Shown here: positions 11,696 through 20,241 of the stretch, in pieces
Layout of the letters: every line of letters starts with the position of its first letter
Position numbering within the stretch: the stretch's first letter is position 1
Made by a program: the position numbers and the translations under genes
DNA from: Acidocella sp.
GTDB taxonomy: Bacteria > Pseudomonadota > Alphaproteobacteria > Acetobacterales > Acetobacteraceae
Assembly (NCBI RefSeq): GCF_050253495.1
Contig: NZ_JBFWIX010000008.1
Coordinates: 63,189 to 127,188, forward strand
Length of the DNA: 64,000 nt
Direction: 5' to 3'
Notes under the pieces: generated by a model
The model's input: only the letters and a program-made list of their open reading frames with translations
What the model was told of the DNA's origin: nothing
The model's database searches: none

Positions 11696-12139
11696 CTATC
11701 CGGCCTTCACCCAGCCATTAACATCCTGTTTCCAGTATGTCAGGCTAAGCCCGGCGGCCTTGGCGTTACGCCAGCGTTGCCGGGCGGATTGCACGTTTTC
11801 CTCATTATTGCCGTCGAAAAGGTCGAATATGCGGGTAAAGCCGTCCGGCGCGGTCTCGCTCCCGTCAATTCTGAAGAGGAAATGCGCGCCAGCAGGGTTT
11901 TCGTGCCCGGTGGTCAGGTAGATCGGTTGCCATTCAGGATGAGAGGAATGCGCCGTGCCATGCGGCAGCCAATCGGGCTTCTGGCATTGCCAGAGCGCGT
12001 CGTCCAGTTTGGCTAAAAGGCGTTCATCCGCGCAACTCACCACGGCTTTCTCTCCGGCTTGCAGGGTGCGCCCCAGCAGCATGGGCAAGGCCGCGTCAAG
12101 GCCGGTGCGGGTGAGGTGATAGAAGCCGATCTCGGTCAT
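11696..12139 (-). CDS. holC: DNA polymerase III subunit chi
   Basis: 147 aa. The N-terminus (EIGFYHL) and overall size and pattern are typical of alphaproteobacterial HolC. ATGA-type overlap with the upstream mrp stop. Confidence 0.8.
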   Translation of the reverse strand: MTEIGFYHLTRTGLDAALPMLLGRTLQAGEKAVVSCADERLLAKLDDALWQCQKPDWLPHGTAHSSHPEWQPIYLTTGHENPAGAHFLFRIDGSETAPDGFTRIFDLFDGNNEENVQSARQRWRNAKAAGLSLTYWKQDVNGWVKAG

Positions 12140-13143
12140 GTGGGGAGCAAGCTATTGGCGATGGCATCCGCCACGGCGCGAAAGCTGGTTGCCACGGTCC
12201 CGGCGGGATCTATGGCGGTGACCGGCTTGCCTTCGTCACCTGCTTGGCGAACGGCCAGTTCCAGCGGAATTTCACCTAGAAACGGCAGGCCGATTTTCTC
12301 CGCTTCCGCCCGGGCGCCGCCATGGCCGAAAATCTCAGTGCGGTGTCCGCAATGGGGGCAACTGAAATAGGACATGTTTTCCACCACGCCGAGAACCTTG
12401 ATGCCGACTTGCTCGAACATCTGGATGCCCCGTCTCGCATCCAGGAGGGCCAGATCCTGTGGGGTGGAGACGATGACAGCGCCGGATGGCCGGGCTTTTT
12501 GAGCCAGGGTAAGCTGTGCGTCACCCGTGCCCGGGGGCATGTCGACCACCAGAATATCGAGAGCGCCCCACTCGACCTGGCCGAGCATCTGGTTGAGTGC
12601 GCCCATGACCATCGGGCCGCGCCAGATCATGGCCTTGTCCTCCGGCACCAGATAACCGATCGACATGGATTTCACGCCATAGGCGGTCAAAGGCTGGATG
12701 CGCCCCTCCTGAACCACGGGTTTAGCGGTTAGCCCAAGCATTTTTGGCAGGGATGGGCCGTATATGTCAGCGTCCAGCAGCCCCGTTTTCAACCCGCGTT
12801 GCGCCAGTGCCACGGCGAGGTTGACGGCCACGGTGGATTTGCCGACGCCGCCCTTGCCCGAAGCCACGGCGATGACATGCTTGACCTCCGGCAGGAGCGC
12901 AGGTTCGTTTTGCGGAGCGGGCTGGGGTTGGGCATGGGCGGTCAATATGATTGTGGCGGATTTCACGCCGGGGAGTGCCCTTAACGTGGTTTCCATCTCG
13001 GTTCGCAGTTTTTCCAGCCTGGCGGCTTCCTCTCGCGTGGATAGGAGGCTGATCTGGACGAACCCGTCCTTGATTGAAATGCCGTCTATCCGGCGTTCGA
13101 CGCCGAAAGGGGTGAGGGCGGCTCGAATCTCTGCTTCAGTCAT
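12136..13143 (-). CDS. apbC: Mrp/NBP35-family Fe-S cluster carrier ATPase (ApbC)
   Basis: Deviant Walker A ASGKGGVGKST and a CPHCG motif. I placed the start at MTEAEIRAAL. Confidence 0.9.
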   Translation of the reverse strand: MTEAEIRAALTPFGVERRIDGISIKDGFVQISLLSTREEAARLEKLRTEMETTLRALPGVKSATIILTAHAQPQPAPQNEPALLPEVKHVIAVASGKGGVGKSTVAVNLAVALAQRGLKTGLLDADIYGPSLPKMLGLTAKPVVQEGRIQPLTAYGVKSMSIGYLVPEDKAMIWRGPMVMGALNQMLGQVEWGALDILVVDMPPGTGDAQLTLAQKARPSGAVIVSTPQDLALLDARRGIQMFEQVGIKVLGVVENMSYFSCPHCGHRTEIFGHGGARAEAEKIGLPFLGEIPLELAVRQAGDEGKPVTAIDPAGTVATSFRAVADAIANSLLPT

Positions 13144-13206
13144 GAGGTAGACATAGTGCGTCTGGCCCCTCTTGCGAAGATCGCCCAGCCTCGTCACTCT
13201 CTCAGC

Positions 13207-14628
13207 ATGAAGTTCCTGGCGTATCCGTTTTCTGCCTTGTTCCTGCTTGCCGCGCCGGTGGCCCGCGCGGGGGAGTTACCGCCGCCCATGGCGGAGCTGG
13301 CCGCCAAGGTGTCGCCCGCCGTGGTCAGCATCGCGTCCATGGCGCCGGCGGGCAATGATTCTTCGCAGAACGACGACGACAATGACGGAAACGACGATGG
13401 GGATGGAAACGACGCGGCGAGCGCATTTCATCCGACCGCGGACACCCCGGACGATACCGCGGGAACGATCGTGCCGCCGCCAAAAACCATCGAGTCGTTG
13501 GGCTCGGGCTTTGTATTCGATCCGGCGGGTTATATTCTGACCAATAATCATGTGGTGAACGGTGCCAGTTCCGTGACGGTCACTTTTCCGGATGGCACGG
13601 TATACCCAGCCATCATTGCCGGACGTGATCCGGATGCCGATCTGGCTGTTCTGAAAATCAAGGCCGGCCACCCCTTGCCATTCGTGCCGTTTGGGGCTTC
13701 CGCCAAGATGCGCGTGGGGGACTGGGTCCTGGCGGTTGGCAACCCGTTCGGCATGCCTGGCACCAATACGGCGGGAATCGTAAGTGCGCTGAACCGGCGG
13801 ATTGGCGATACGAAATTCGATGATTTCATCCAGACCGACGCCGCGATCAATAAGGGAAATTCAGGTGGCCCTTTGTTTAACATGCAGGGGCAGGTTATTG
13901 GCGTGAACTCCGCCATTTATGCGCCTTCAGGGACATCGGATGGGATTGGGTTCGCTATTCCCTCCGCCATGGCCGAACCCGTGGCCGAGGCGCTGGCCCA
14001 TGGCGGCAAGATGACACGCGGCTGGCTGGGCGTGGCGACGGAAGAGGTGACGAGCAATATCCAGGCGGCCCTGAAACTGCCCAGCGCATCTGGCGCTCTG
14101 GTGGGAGCGGTTTCTCCCGATTCACCCGCTGATGGTAAATTACAGCCAGGCGATGTCATTACCGACCTTGGCGGCGCGCGGATCGATAATCCCCGAGCGC
14201 TTTATATCCGCACCGCGGAGTTTCAGGCGGGGCAGAGCGTTGCGGTGGATTATGTGCGCGATGGCGTCAAGATGCACACCAGCTTGACCATTGCCGTTCC
14301 ACCGCCGCCATTGGATGAAACCGTGATGCCGAAAGTAGAAGCACCATCCGGTCCGGTGAGCTTGCCTGCCTATGGGTTGGGGTTGGCGGGTAAGCCCGTT
14401 GCCAATGGTGTTTCCATTACCTCGGCCAAGGGACCGGCGGCGAAGGCGGGGATCGTCGCGGGCGATGTCATCGAGCAGGTGAACGGCAAGCCCGTGGGCG
14501 ATGCGCAGGATGTGCGTAAGCTTATGACGGGTCTTGGACAGGATCCTGCCGTGCTGCTGATCAGCGGGCCCGTGAAGGGAGGCGGCAACCCTGGCCCACG
14601 CTGGGTGGCGGTGGTGGCGGGAAAGTAA
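13207..14628 (+). CDS. htrA: Periplasmic serine endoprotease DegP/HtrA (Do family, two PDZ domains)
   Basis: Signal peptide MKFLAYPFSALFLLAAPVARA. Catalytic blocks TNNHV, DLAVLKI and GNSGGPL. Two PDZ-like regions. An unusual D/N-rich tract lies near the N-terminus. Confidence 0.9.
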   Translation: MKFLAYPFSALFLLAAPVARAGELPPPMAELAAKVSPAVVSIASMAPAGNDSSQNDDDNDGNDDGDGNDAASAFHPTADTPDDTAGTIVPPPKTIESLGSGFVFDPAGYILTNNHVVNGASSVTVTFPDGTVYPAIIAGRDPDADLAVLKIKAGHPLPFVPFGASAKMRVGDWVLAVGNPFGMPGTNTAGIVSALNRRIGDTKFDDFIQTDAAINKGNSGGPLFNMQGQVIGVNSAIYAPSGTSDGIGFAIPSAMAEPVAEALAHGGKMTRGWLGVATEEVTSNIQAALKLPSASGALVGAVSPDSPADGKLQPGDVITDLGGARIDNPRALYIRTAEFQAGQSVAVDYVRDGVKMHTSLTIAVPPPPLDETVMPKVEAPSGPVSLPAYGLGLAGKPVANGVSITSAKGPAAKAGIVAGDVIEQVNGKPVGDAQDVRKLMTGLGQDPAVLLISGPVKGGGNPGPRWVAVVAGK

Positions 14629-14629
14629 A

Positions 14630-14920
14630 TTATTCCTGATTGGGGATGAAGTCGTTGATGGCGCGGGCAAGTTGCATGTCTTTTTCCGTGACGGCGCCCG
14701 CGCTGTGGGTGGAAAGGGATATGCTCACCTTGTTATAAGTGTTTGACCAGTCTGGATGATGGTCGGCTTTCTCCGCCAAGAGCGCCACGTAGGTCATGAA
14801 CGAAAAGGCTTCGGTAAAATTCTTGAAGGTGACCGTCCGAGTGATGGATTTTCCATCCGGGGCCCATTGCCATCCTGGCGGCGATTTCAGGGGAGGGGTG
14901 GTTGTCTGATTTTGTGTCAT
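14630..14920 (-). CDS. phhB: 4a-hydroxytetrahydrobiopterin (pterin-4-alpha-carbinolamine) dehydratase
   Basis: 96 aa. The motif AEKADHHPDW is characteristic of PCD/DCoH. Confidence 0.85.
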   Translation of the reverse strand: MTQNQTTTPPLKSPPGWQWAPDGKSITRTVTFKNFTEAFSFMTYVALLAEKADHHPDWSNTYNKVSISLSTHSAGAVTEKDMQLARAINDFIPNQE

Positions 14921-15003
14921 GCCCTTGGTCTTTTCTGTTCAAAGTGTTCGGTTGGACATGCCCATTCCATGATCTGGCCTGTGGTCAAGTCAATCTGAAA
15001 TTA

Positions 15004-15621
15004 TCATGGGTGTTCAGGTTTTAATGGGGGCTGGCGGAAGAGCGTGATGCCGGTTTCCGAGGCGAGGGCGTGCAATGGCAGGTCCGTGGGCTCGGTGGGG
15101 ATGGCGGCGGTTTGCTGGATCGCATAGGCGCAGCCAAGACGGAACACGCCGGGCAAAGCGGCCAATGTTCGGTCATAATATCCGCCGCCATAGCCAAGAC
15201 GGTTGCCTGAGACGTCAAATGCCAGAAGGGGGATGAGCAGGAAATCCGGCGTAAGAAGAGGCGCATCCGGATGCTGGGTGTTATAGCGGCCCGGCAGCAT
15301 CTTGGTGGTTGGCGTCCAGGCACGGAAGATCAAGGCTTGGCCTGGCGGCGGTGTTTCCGGCAAGGCCAAGAGCTGTCCCCGTTGGTGCAGGGAATGCAGC
15401 AAGGGCATAATATCGATCTCGCCGCGCATGGGCATGAAACCACCGATGATGGCCTGGTGTGGAATGAGCCCGCTGGCCAGGACATGTTCCGCCAGATTGG
15501 CGCCCAGACTGGATTGCTGTTTTTCCCGCTTTTCCAGCATCAAGCGCCGGAGGCTAGCCTTTTGCTCCGAAACCTGGCTCATGCGCTTCCCCGTTCCTGT
15601 GGCGTGAGCGGTTTTTTTCAC
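15004..15621 (-). CDS. 5-formyltetrahydrofolate cyclo-ligase
   Basis: The block LGYGGGYYDR is typical of this family. The GTG start forms a GTGA overlap with the MotB-like stop; ATG at 15582 is an alternative start. Confidence 0.8.
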   Translation of the reverse strand: MKKTAHATGTGKRMSQVSEQKASLRRLMLEKREKQQSSLGANLAEHVLASGLIPHQAIIGGFMPMRGEIDIMPLLHSLHQRGQLLALPETPPPGQALIFRAWTPTTKMLPGRYNTQHPDAPLLTPDFLLIPLLAFDVSGNRLGYGGGYYDRTLAALPGVFRLGCAYAIQQTAAIPTEPTDLPLHALASETGITLFRQPPLKPEHP

Positions 15622-16745
15622 GGTGTGGTCAGGCGAAACTCGATACGCCGGTTTTGTGCATAATCGGCGGCCGTGTTGCCTGGCGCGATTGGGTTGTTCG
15701 AGCCCATGCCCGAGACGATCAACTTTTGCGACGGGACGCCATTGGCGACGAGAAGATCCAGTACCGCGAGCGCGCGGGCGGTGGAAAGATCAAAATTGGA
15801 TTTATAGGGTCCGCCTCTGATGGGTTGTGCGTCGGCATAGCCATCCACGGAGAGCACCCAATTCACATTCGGAGGGATTTTCGCGGCGATTTCCTTGACC
15901 GCCTTTGCAACTTTGGCAATTTCTACTTTTCCCGCGGGGGTGATGGTGGCTTCATCCACGGGAAACAGTACATCGCTCTCGAATACGAAACGGTCTCCGA
16001 CCACCTTGATGTTCTTTTCGCCTTGCAGGCTTTCCGAGAGTGTCTTGAAAAAGACGCTTTGATATTGCTGCAGTTCGGCGACTTTCCGGGCGAGAGCCTC
16101 ATTAAGCTGTTTACCGAGATCGGTGATCTGCACCTTGTCTTTCTCGTCCGCGCTCTTGGCTGCGTCCAATGCCACCTGCAGTGCCGCCAACTGGGCACGC
16201 AAGGCGGCTAATTGCTGGTTGAGCAGGGTGATTTGCGCTTGCTCCTGCTGGTTCAGCTTTTGCGCATCGGATAATTTGGACTGAAGGCCGGTGCCGTTGA
16301 CTGTCTGCATCTGGGCTTGCAGGCTTGCAATGCGCCCAGTCGCTGAAGCGGCTTGGGCTTGCGCGTCGGAGAGCTGCGCCTGAAGGGATTTTTGCGCGCC
16401 CTGCAAGGAGGTGATGGTGGTGTTGTCTGAGCTAAGCTGTTGATTCAGGGTTGTGTTTTCTGCCTGAACAGTGGCGAGCTGAGCATTCAGGGCGGTCAGT
16501 TCCTGGGAGAGTGTGGCGTTTTTCGTGGTCTGCATCGACAGGCTTTGAGTCAGCTGTGCGATTTGCTCCTTCAATTGGCTGATCGTGTTATCTGACCCTT
16601 TGAGGGCTGAGGATAGAAAAGCCTCCGCCAGAACGAAGACCAGCAAGACGAAGATGGTGACCATGAGCAGCGTGGACAGGGCATCCACATAGCCTGGCCA
16701 GGCATCAAGCCCATTCGTTCCCCCGCCGCGCCGTTTGTTACTCAT
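15618..16745 (-). CDS. MotB-like protein: N-terminal TM plug with conserved Asp, long coiled coil, C-terminal OmpA/MotB peptidoglycan-binding domain
   Basis: I placed the start at MSNKRRGG. The TM segment PGYVDALSTLLMVTIFVLLVF carries the conserved Asp. It is followed by roughly 180 aa of Q/A/L/T-rich heptad-like sequence. The C-terminus is OmpA-like (VDGYADAQP, STARALAVLDLLVANGV, NRRIEFRL). Confidence 0.75.
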   Translation of the reverse strand: MSNKRRGGGTNGLDAWPGYVDALSTLLMVTIFVLLVFVLAEAFLSSALKGSDNTISQLKEQIAQLTQSLSMQTTKNATLSQELTALNAQLATVQAENTTLNQQLSSDNTTITSLQGAQKSLQAQLSDAQAQAASATGRIASLQAQMQTVNGTGLQSKLSDAQKLNQQEQAQITLLNQQLAALRAQLAALQVALDAAKSADEKDKVQITDLGKQLNEALARKVAELQQYQSVFFKTLSESLQGEKNIKVVGDRFVFESDVLFPVDEATITPAGKVEIAKVAKAVKEIAAKIPPNVNWVLSVDGYADAQPIRGGPYKSNFDLSTARALAVLDLLVANGVPSQKLIVSGMGSNNPIAPGNTAADYAQNRRIEFRLTTP

Positions 16746-17886
16746 GGTTTCTAGACTCATCCAGCCGCGCCGAAACAGTGCGGGTGAGAATCTTGAGATC
16801 GCTGCGTAAATCTGAAATATTTTGGCTGCGGCCTTGCTCTGATTCAGTGATGAACCGGTTGAGCAGAAGCTCGATATTGCGCAAATGCGCCCGGGCGACA
16901 TCGTCGGCGTTGCTCTTGCCGTCTGATAATTTGCTCAGAAGCGGGCTGAGGGAGATCTGCGCGCTGGCCACTTTTTCCATGAGTTGCTGTTGCAGACGCA
17001 GCGTGTCGCCAAGGTCGGCCATGCGGTCCGCCAGGGCACGCAGGGCGTTATTGCCTTGTACCCGGCTTTCTTCTCCGCGGGTCAGAACGCGCTGCAATTG
17101 GTCCATGTTTTCAGCGGTCTGTTCAAGCAAGGCTTGAACATAAGCGGGGACGCTGGCCTCACCGTCTCCGGCCAGGGCGCCTGTGCCAAGGCGGGTGAGG
17201 GAGGCAAGCCATTCCTCCAGCTCATTGAAAAAGCGGTTCATCGCCTGCCCGGCGGTAAGGTCCAGAAACCCCAGGATCAACGCTCCGGACAGACCGAACA
17301 TGGATGAGGAAAAAGCCGTGCCCATGCCAGCCAGGGGTTTGGACAGGCCGATTTTCAACTGCTCGAACATGGCGTTGACGTCGCCGCCGCCCACGAGATT
17401 CATGCCGTTTATCACGGCCGCCACGGAAGATACGGTGTGCAGAAGCCCCCAGAAGGTGCCAAGCAGGCCAAGGAAGATCATGACGCCGGTTGTGTAGCGT
17501 GAGAGTTCCCGCGATTCGTCGAGCCGGGTGGAAACGCCATCCAGGATCGTGCGCATGGACTGGCCGGACAAAGTGATGCGCCGTTCGCCGTCGGCCCGGC
17601 CATGCAGCATGCGCGCCATGGGGGCCAGCAAGGCGGGAGGCGGGGATTCCACCAATTTAGGGCGATTGCGCCGGAAATCCTCCACCCAGGCAAGTTCTGG
17701 GTAAAGCTTTTGAACCTGGCGGATGTTCCAGACCACACCGAAAATTTCAACCACGAAAATAACCGAATTGACCACTGGGTTGGCCATGAAGAAATGCGCC
17801 AAGACAGGAGAGAGCGCCACCGCGCCGCCATAGATCACCACGCAGAAGAGGATCATGCGGATGAGGTAATTGGTGGGCTTGGTCAT
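16738..17886 (-). CDS. MotA/TolQ/ExbB-family proton channel protein with an extra ~150-aa C-terminal helical tail
   Basis: Two N-terminal TM helices are followed by the family signature region GLLGTFWGLL...PLAGMGTAFSSSMFGLSGALILGF. An 8-nt overlap links it to the downstream MotB-like gene. Confidence 0.75.
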   Translation of the reverse strand: MTKPTNYLIRMILFCVVIYGGAVALSPVLAHFFMANPVVNSVIFVVEIFGVVWNIRQVQKLYPELAWVEDFRRNRPKLVESPPPALLAPMARMLHGRADGERRITLSGQSMRTILDGVSTRLDESRELSRYTTGVMIFLGLLGTFWGLLHTVSSVAAVINGMNLVGGGDVNAMFEQLKIGLSKPLAGMGTAFSSSMFGLSGALILGFLDLTAGQAMNRFFNELEEWLASLTRLGTGALAGDGEASVPAYVQALLEQTAENMDQLQRVLTRGEESRVQGNNALRALADRMADLGDTLRLQQQLMEKVASAQISLSPLLSKLSDGKSNADDVARAHLRNIELLLNRFITESEQGRSQNISDLRSDLKILTRTVSARLDESRNHE

Positions 17887-18506
17887 GGTTTCGCGCTGGC
17901 TCCGATCAAGGCTTCGTTGTTATCGGCGCCGGGGGTACCGCCGATGGCGCGGGGAATGATGTTTTGCGGCTTCACACCGCAGGCGATGAGTGCGTCGCGG
18001 AGGGCGAAGGCTCGGGCCATGGCAAGACGCATGCTGCCCGAGGCATCTGTGGAATCCGCCGGGACGCGGGTCAGTATGGGAACCCGCGCATCGGGTGAGC
18101 AGAAGGGTTTGAGGATGCTGGTGGCATCGGCGGGCAGGGCTGAGCTGCCGGGCGCGAAGGCAAGCCGCGCCACGGGTGGAGCCGACGGCTTATGCTCAAC
18201 CGGTTTGGCGCTTGGCGGTGAGGGAGGCTGGCTGACCGCTGGTGAATCGGGAGAGGGAGGGGGAAGTGGAAGCGGCGCCGGGTTGGCGGGCTTGGCCGGG
18301 TGATGCGGCTTGGGATGTTTATGAGCAGCCGGTTGCTCATGGGCGGGCGCGGGCGGCTTTGCCGTGACGGGCTGGAGGGCGGACGCCGAGGCGGCAGGAG
18401 GGAGGCCGCGAAGCTGTTGCAGCGCGGCGGGATTCACCGAAACCTGGGCATTTGCCCAGGCAGGGATGAGGACGACGAGACCGGGTAGCCAGAGTGCCTT
18501 GTTCAC
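17883..18506 (-). CDS. Exported or anchored Pro-rich protein with a small C-terminal OmpA-like domain
   Basis: I placed the start at GTG 18506, giving the signal/anchor NKALWLPGLVVLIPAWANA. A Pro-rich linker of about 70 aa follows. The C-terminus (FAPGSSALP...RLAMARAFALRDALIACGV) resembles OmpA_C. ATGA overlap with the MotA-like start. Confidence 0.6.
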   Translation of the reverse strand: MNKALWLPGLVVLIPAWANAQVSVNPAALQQLRGLPPAASASALQPVTAKPPAPAHEQPAAHKHPKPHHPAKPANPAPLPLPPPSPDSPAVSQPPSPPSAKPVEHKPSAPPVARLAFAPGSSALPADATSILKPFCSPDARVPILTRVPADSTDASGSMRLAMARAFALRDALIACGVKPQNIIPRAIGGTPGADNNEALIGASAKP

Positions 18507-18522
18507 GCCCGGTAAACTAGCC

Positions 18523-19350
18523 TTAACCCCGCTTGACCGCCAGACCGTCCTGAACGAGTTCAAGGAGCTTGGGGTGGAGATGCGGGTTGGCGGCGACCAC
18601 GACGCTGTCTACATTGTCCTTGCCTTCGCCATCGGTGGCATAGCCCCCCGCCTCACGGACAATTAGCATACCCGCCGCGATGTCCCACGGCTTGATGCCC
18701 ATTTCCCAATACCCATCATAGCGTCCGGCCGCGACCCAGGCGAGGTCCAAGGCCGCGGAGCCGAAACGGCGGACACCAGCCGTGACGGGCATCAATGCGC
18801 CCAGTGTACGGGCGAAGGCCAAACGGTTGGCGCCCGAGGTGGCGGCGAAGGGAATACCGGTGGCGAACAGGGCCGTGTGGAGTTCACGTCGCGCGGAAAC
18901 ACGCAGGCGTTTATCGTTGAGGTAGGCGCCGACGCCTTTTTCGGCCCAGAACATTTCGCCATTCACCGGACAATAGACCACGGCCGCGGTGATTTCGGTG
19001 CCGTTGTCCGGCAGGCGTTTTTCCAGGGCGATTGAAATCGCCCAATGTGGGATGCCGTGTAGGAAGTTGGTGGTGCCATCCAGCGGGTCCACGATCCAGC
19101 GCCAGGACCATTTATCGGACCCAGAGGCGCCGCTTTCCTCCATCAGAAACCCATAACCAGGGCGGGCTTTTTCCAATTCCTCACGCAGCGTCTGTTCGGC
19201 GCGTATGTCCGCTTGGCTGACGAAATCCCCAGGCCCCTTTACGGAAACCTGGAGATTTTCGACCTCCATGAAATCCCGAAGCAGGCGTTTGGCTGCTTTG
19301 TTGGCGGCATTATGCATCACCGTCATATGCGCGGAGAGACGTGGCATCAT
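18523..19350 (-). CDS. suhB: Inositol monophosphatase family protein (SuhB-like)
   Basis: IMPase motifs: LMEESG, WIVDPLDGTTNF, WDIAAG. Confidence 0.85.
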   Translation of the reverse strand: MMPRLSAHMTVMHNAANKAAKRLLRDFMEVENLQVSVKGPGDFVSQADIRAEQTLREELEKARPGYGFLMEESGASGSDKWSWRWIVDPLDGTTNFLHGIPHWAISIALEKRLPDNGTEITAAVVYCPVNGEMFWAEKGVGAYLNDKRLRVSARRELHTALFATGIPFAATSGANRLAFARTLGALMPVTAGVRRFGSAALDLAWVAAGRYDGYWEMGIKPWDIAAGMLIVREAGGYATDGEGKDNVDSVVVAANPHLHPKLLELVQDGLAVKRG

Positions 19351-19366
19351 GGTGAAATATCCCGAA

Positions 19367-19395
19367 TGAAAAGCCGAAACGGCGTCCGGGACGCC
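19367..19395 (-). terminator. Candidate intrinsic terminator downstream of efp
   Basis: On the minus strand the stem GGCGTC-CCG-GACGCC is followed by GTTTCGGCTTTTC. Confidence 0.45.
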
Positions 19396-19439
19396 GGCTT
19401 GTCCGCCGCGTCCGGAAATTGGGCTATGGGAGCCTGGTT

Positions 19440-20006
19440 TTAGCCTTTGGCGCGTTCGACGTAAGACCCGTCTTCCGTGCGGACGACGATCCGTTCCCCA
19501 GCTTCGATGAAGGGGGGCACCAGCGTTTTCACGCCGTTGGAGAGTTTGGCGGGCTTATAGGAAGAGGAGGCGGTCTGGCCCTTCACCACCGGGTCTGCCT
19601 CGACGACTTCGAGTGTCGCGTGGGGGGGGAGGGTGATGCCGACCGGGTCGCCTTCGACGAGAGCCACGACGACCGGCATGTTGTCTTGCAGGAAGGGCGC
19701 GGAATCGCCCAGAAGCGCCATGGGCACCATGAATTGCTCGAAAGTTTCAGGATCCATCAGGACGAGATTGTCACCGTCCGTATAAGAATAAGTATAGTCG
19801 CGATCCTCGGTGGTTAGGCGTTCAACGGTGTCGGCGGTACGCCAGCGCTCATTGGTCTTGTTGCCGGTCTTCAGATTGCGCATTTCGACCTGAATGAAGG
19901 CGCCTCCCTTGCCGGGGGTAATGATCTGCTGTTTCAGCACGGTCCAACGCGCCCCGTCGTGTTCGATGACCTGGCCAGCGCGGATGAGGTTTGCCTGCTG
20001 CTTCAT
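19440..20006 (-). CDS. efp: Elongation factor P
   Basis: I placed the start at MKQQANLIRAGQVIEHDG. The loop PGKGGAFIQVEMRNLKTG is present. The protein is 188 aa. Confidence 0.95.
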   Translation of the reverse strand: MKQQANLIRAGQVIEHDGARWTVLKQQIITPGKGGAFIQVEMRNLKTGNKTNERWRTADTVERLTTEDRDYTYSYTDGDNLVLMDPETFEQFMVPMALLGDSAPFLQDNMPVVVALVEGDPVGITLPPHATLEVVEADPVVKGQTASSSYKPAKLSNGVKTLVPPFIEAGERIVVRTEDGSYVERAKG

Positions 20007-20241
20007 AATACTACCTTGCGGATTGAATACTGAATGATCGTGAGGCCGGGGCTTACGCTGCCCGGGCGCCAGAGGCAAGGGTCGCGGCGTTTTGGCGTGA
20101 TGGTCTGGAATGGGCGGCGAAGAGGGGCGCGTTCATCCTTGAGGTGAGCGATTAACGGGCCGTTGAGGATGAAGGGGCTAGGATCGGCACAATCTCAGGT
20201 CGTGCTTGTGCCGCAAAGGGGGCTTTTTGAGGGTGGCCTCG

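Noticed and set aside
14921-15621. A 6S RNA (ssrS) might be next to the 5-formyl-THF cyclo-ligase gene, as in the E. coli ssrS-ygfA arrangement.
   Set aside because: The cyclo-ligase start overlaps the MotB-like stop, so there is no upstream space. The 83-nt downstream spacer (14921-15003) is too short and shows no extended 6S-like helix.
15618-17886. The MotA-like plus MotB-like pair might be ZorA/ZorB of a Zorya anti-phage system.
   Set aside because: No ZorC/D/E/F/G-like effector genes are adjacent. The MotA-like tail of about 150 aa is much shorter than the long ZorA tail as I recall it, and here the long coiled coil is on the MotB-like partner. The genes are overlap-coupled to housekeeping genes (suhB and 5-formyl-THF cyclo-ligase) with no island signature. 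I kept it as an uncharacterised stator-like module instead.
20100-20205. An inverted repeat TTCATCCT...AGGATGAA lies in the efp/autotransporter divergent region.
   Set aside because: The arms are only 8 bp with a loop of about 28 nt. This is easily a chance occurrence and has no supporting context.
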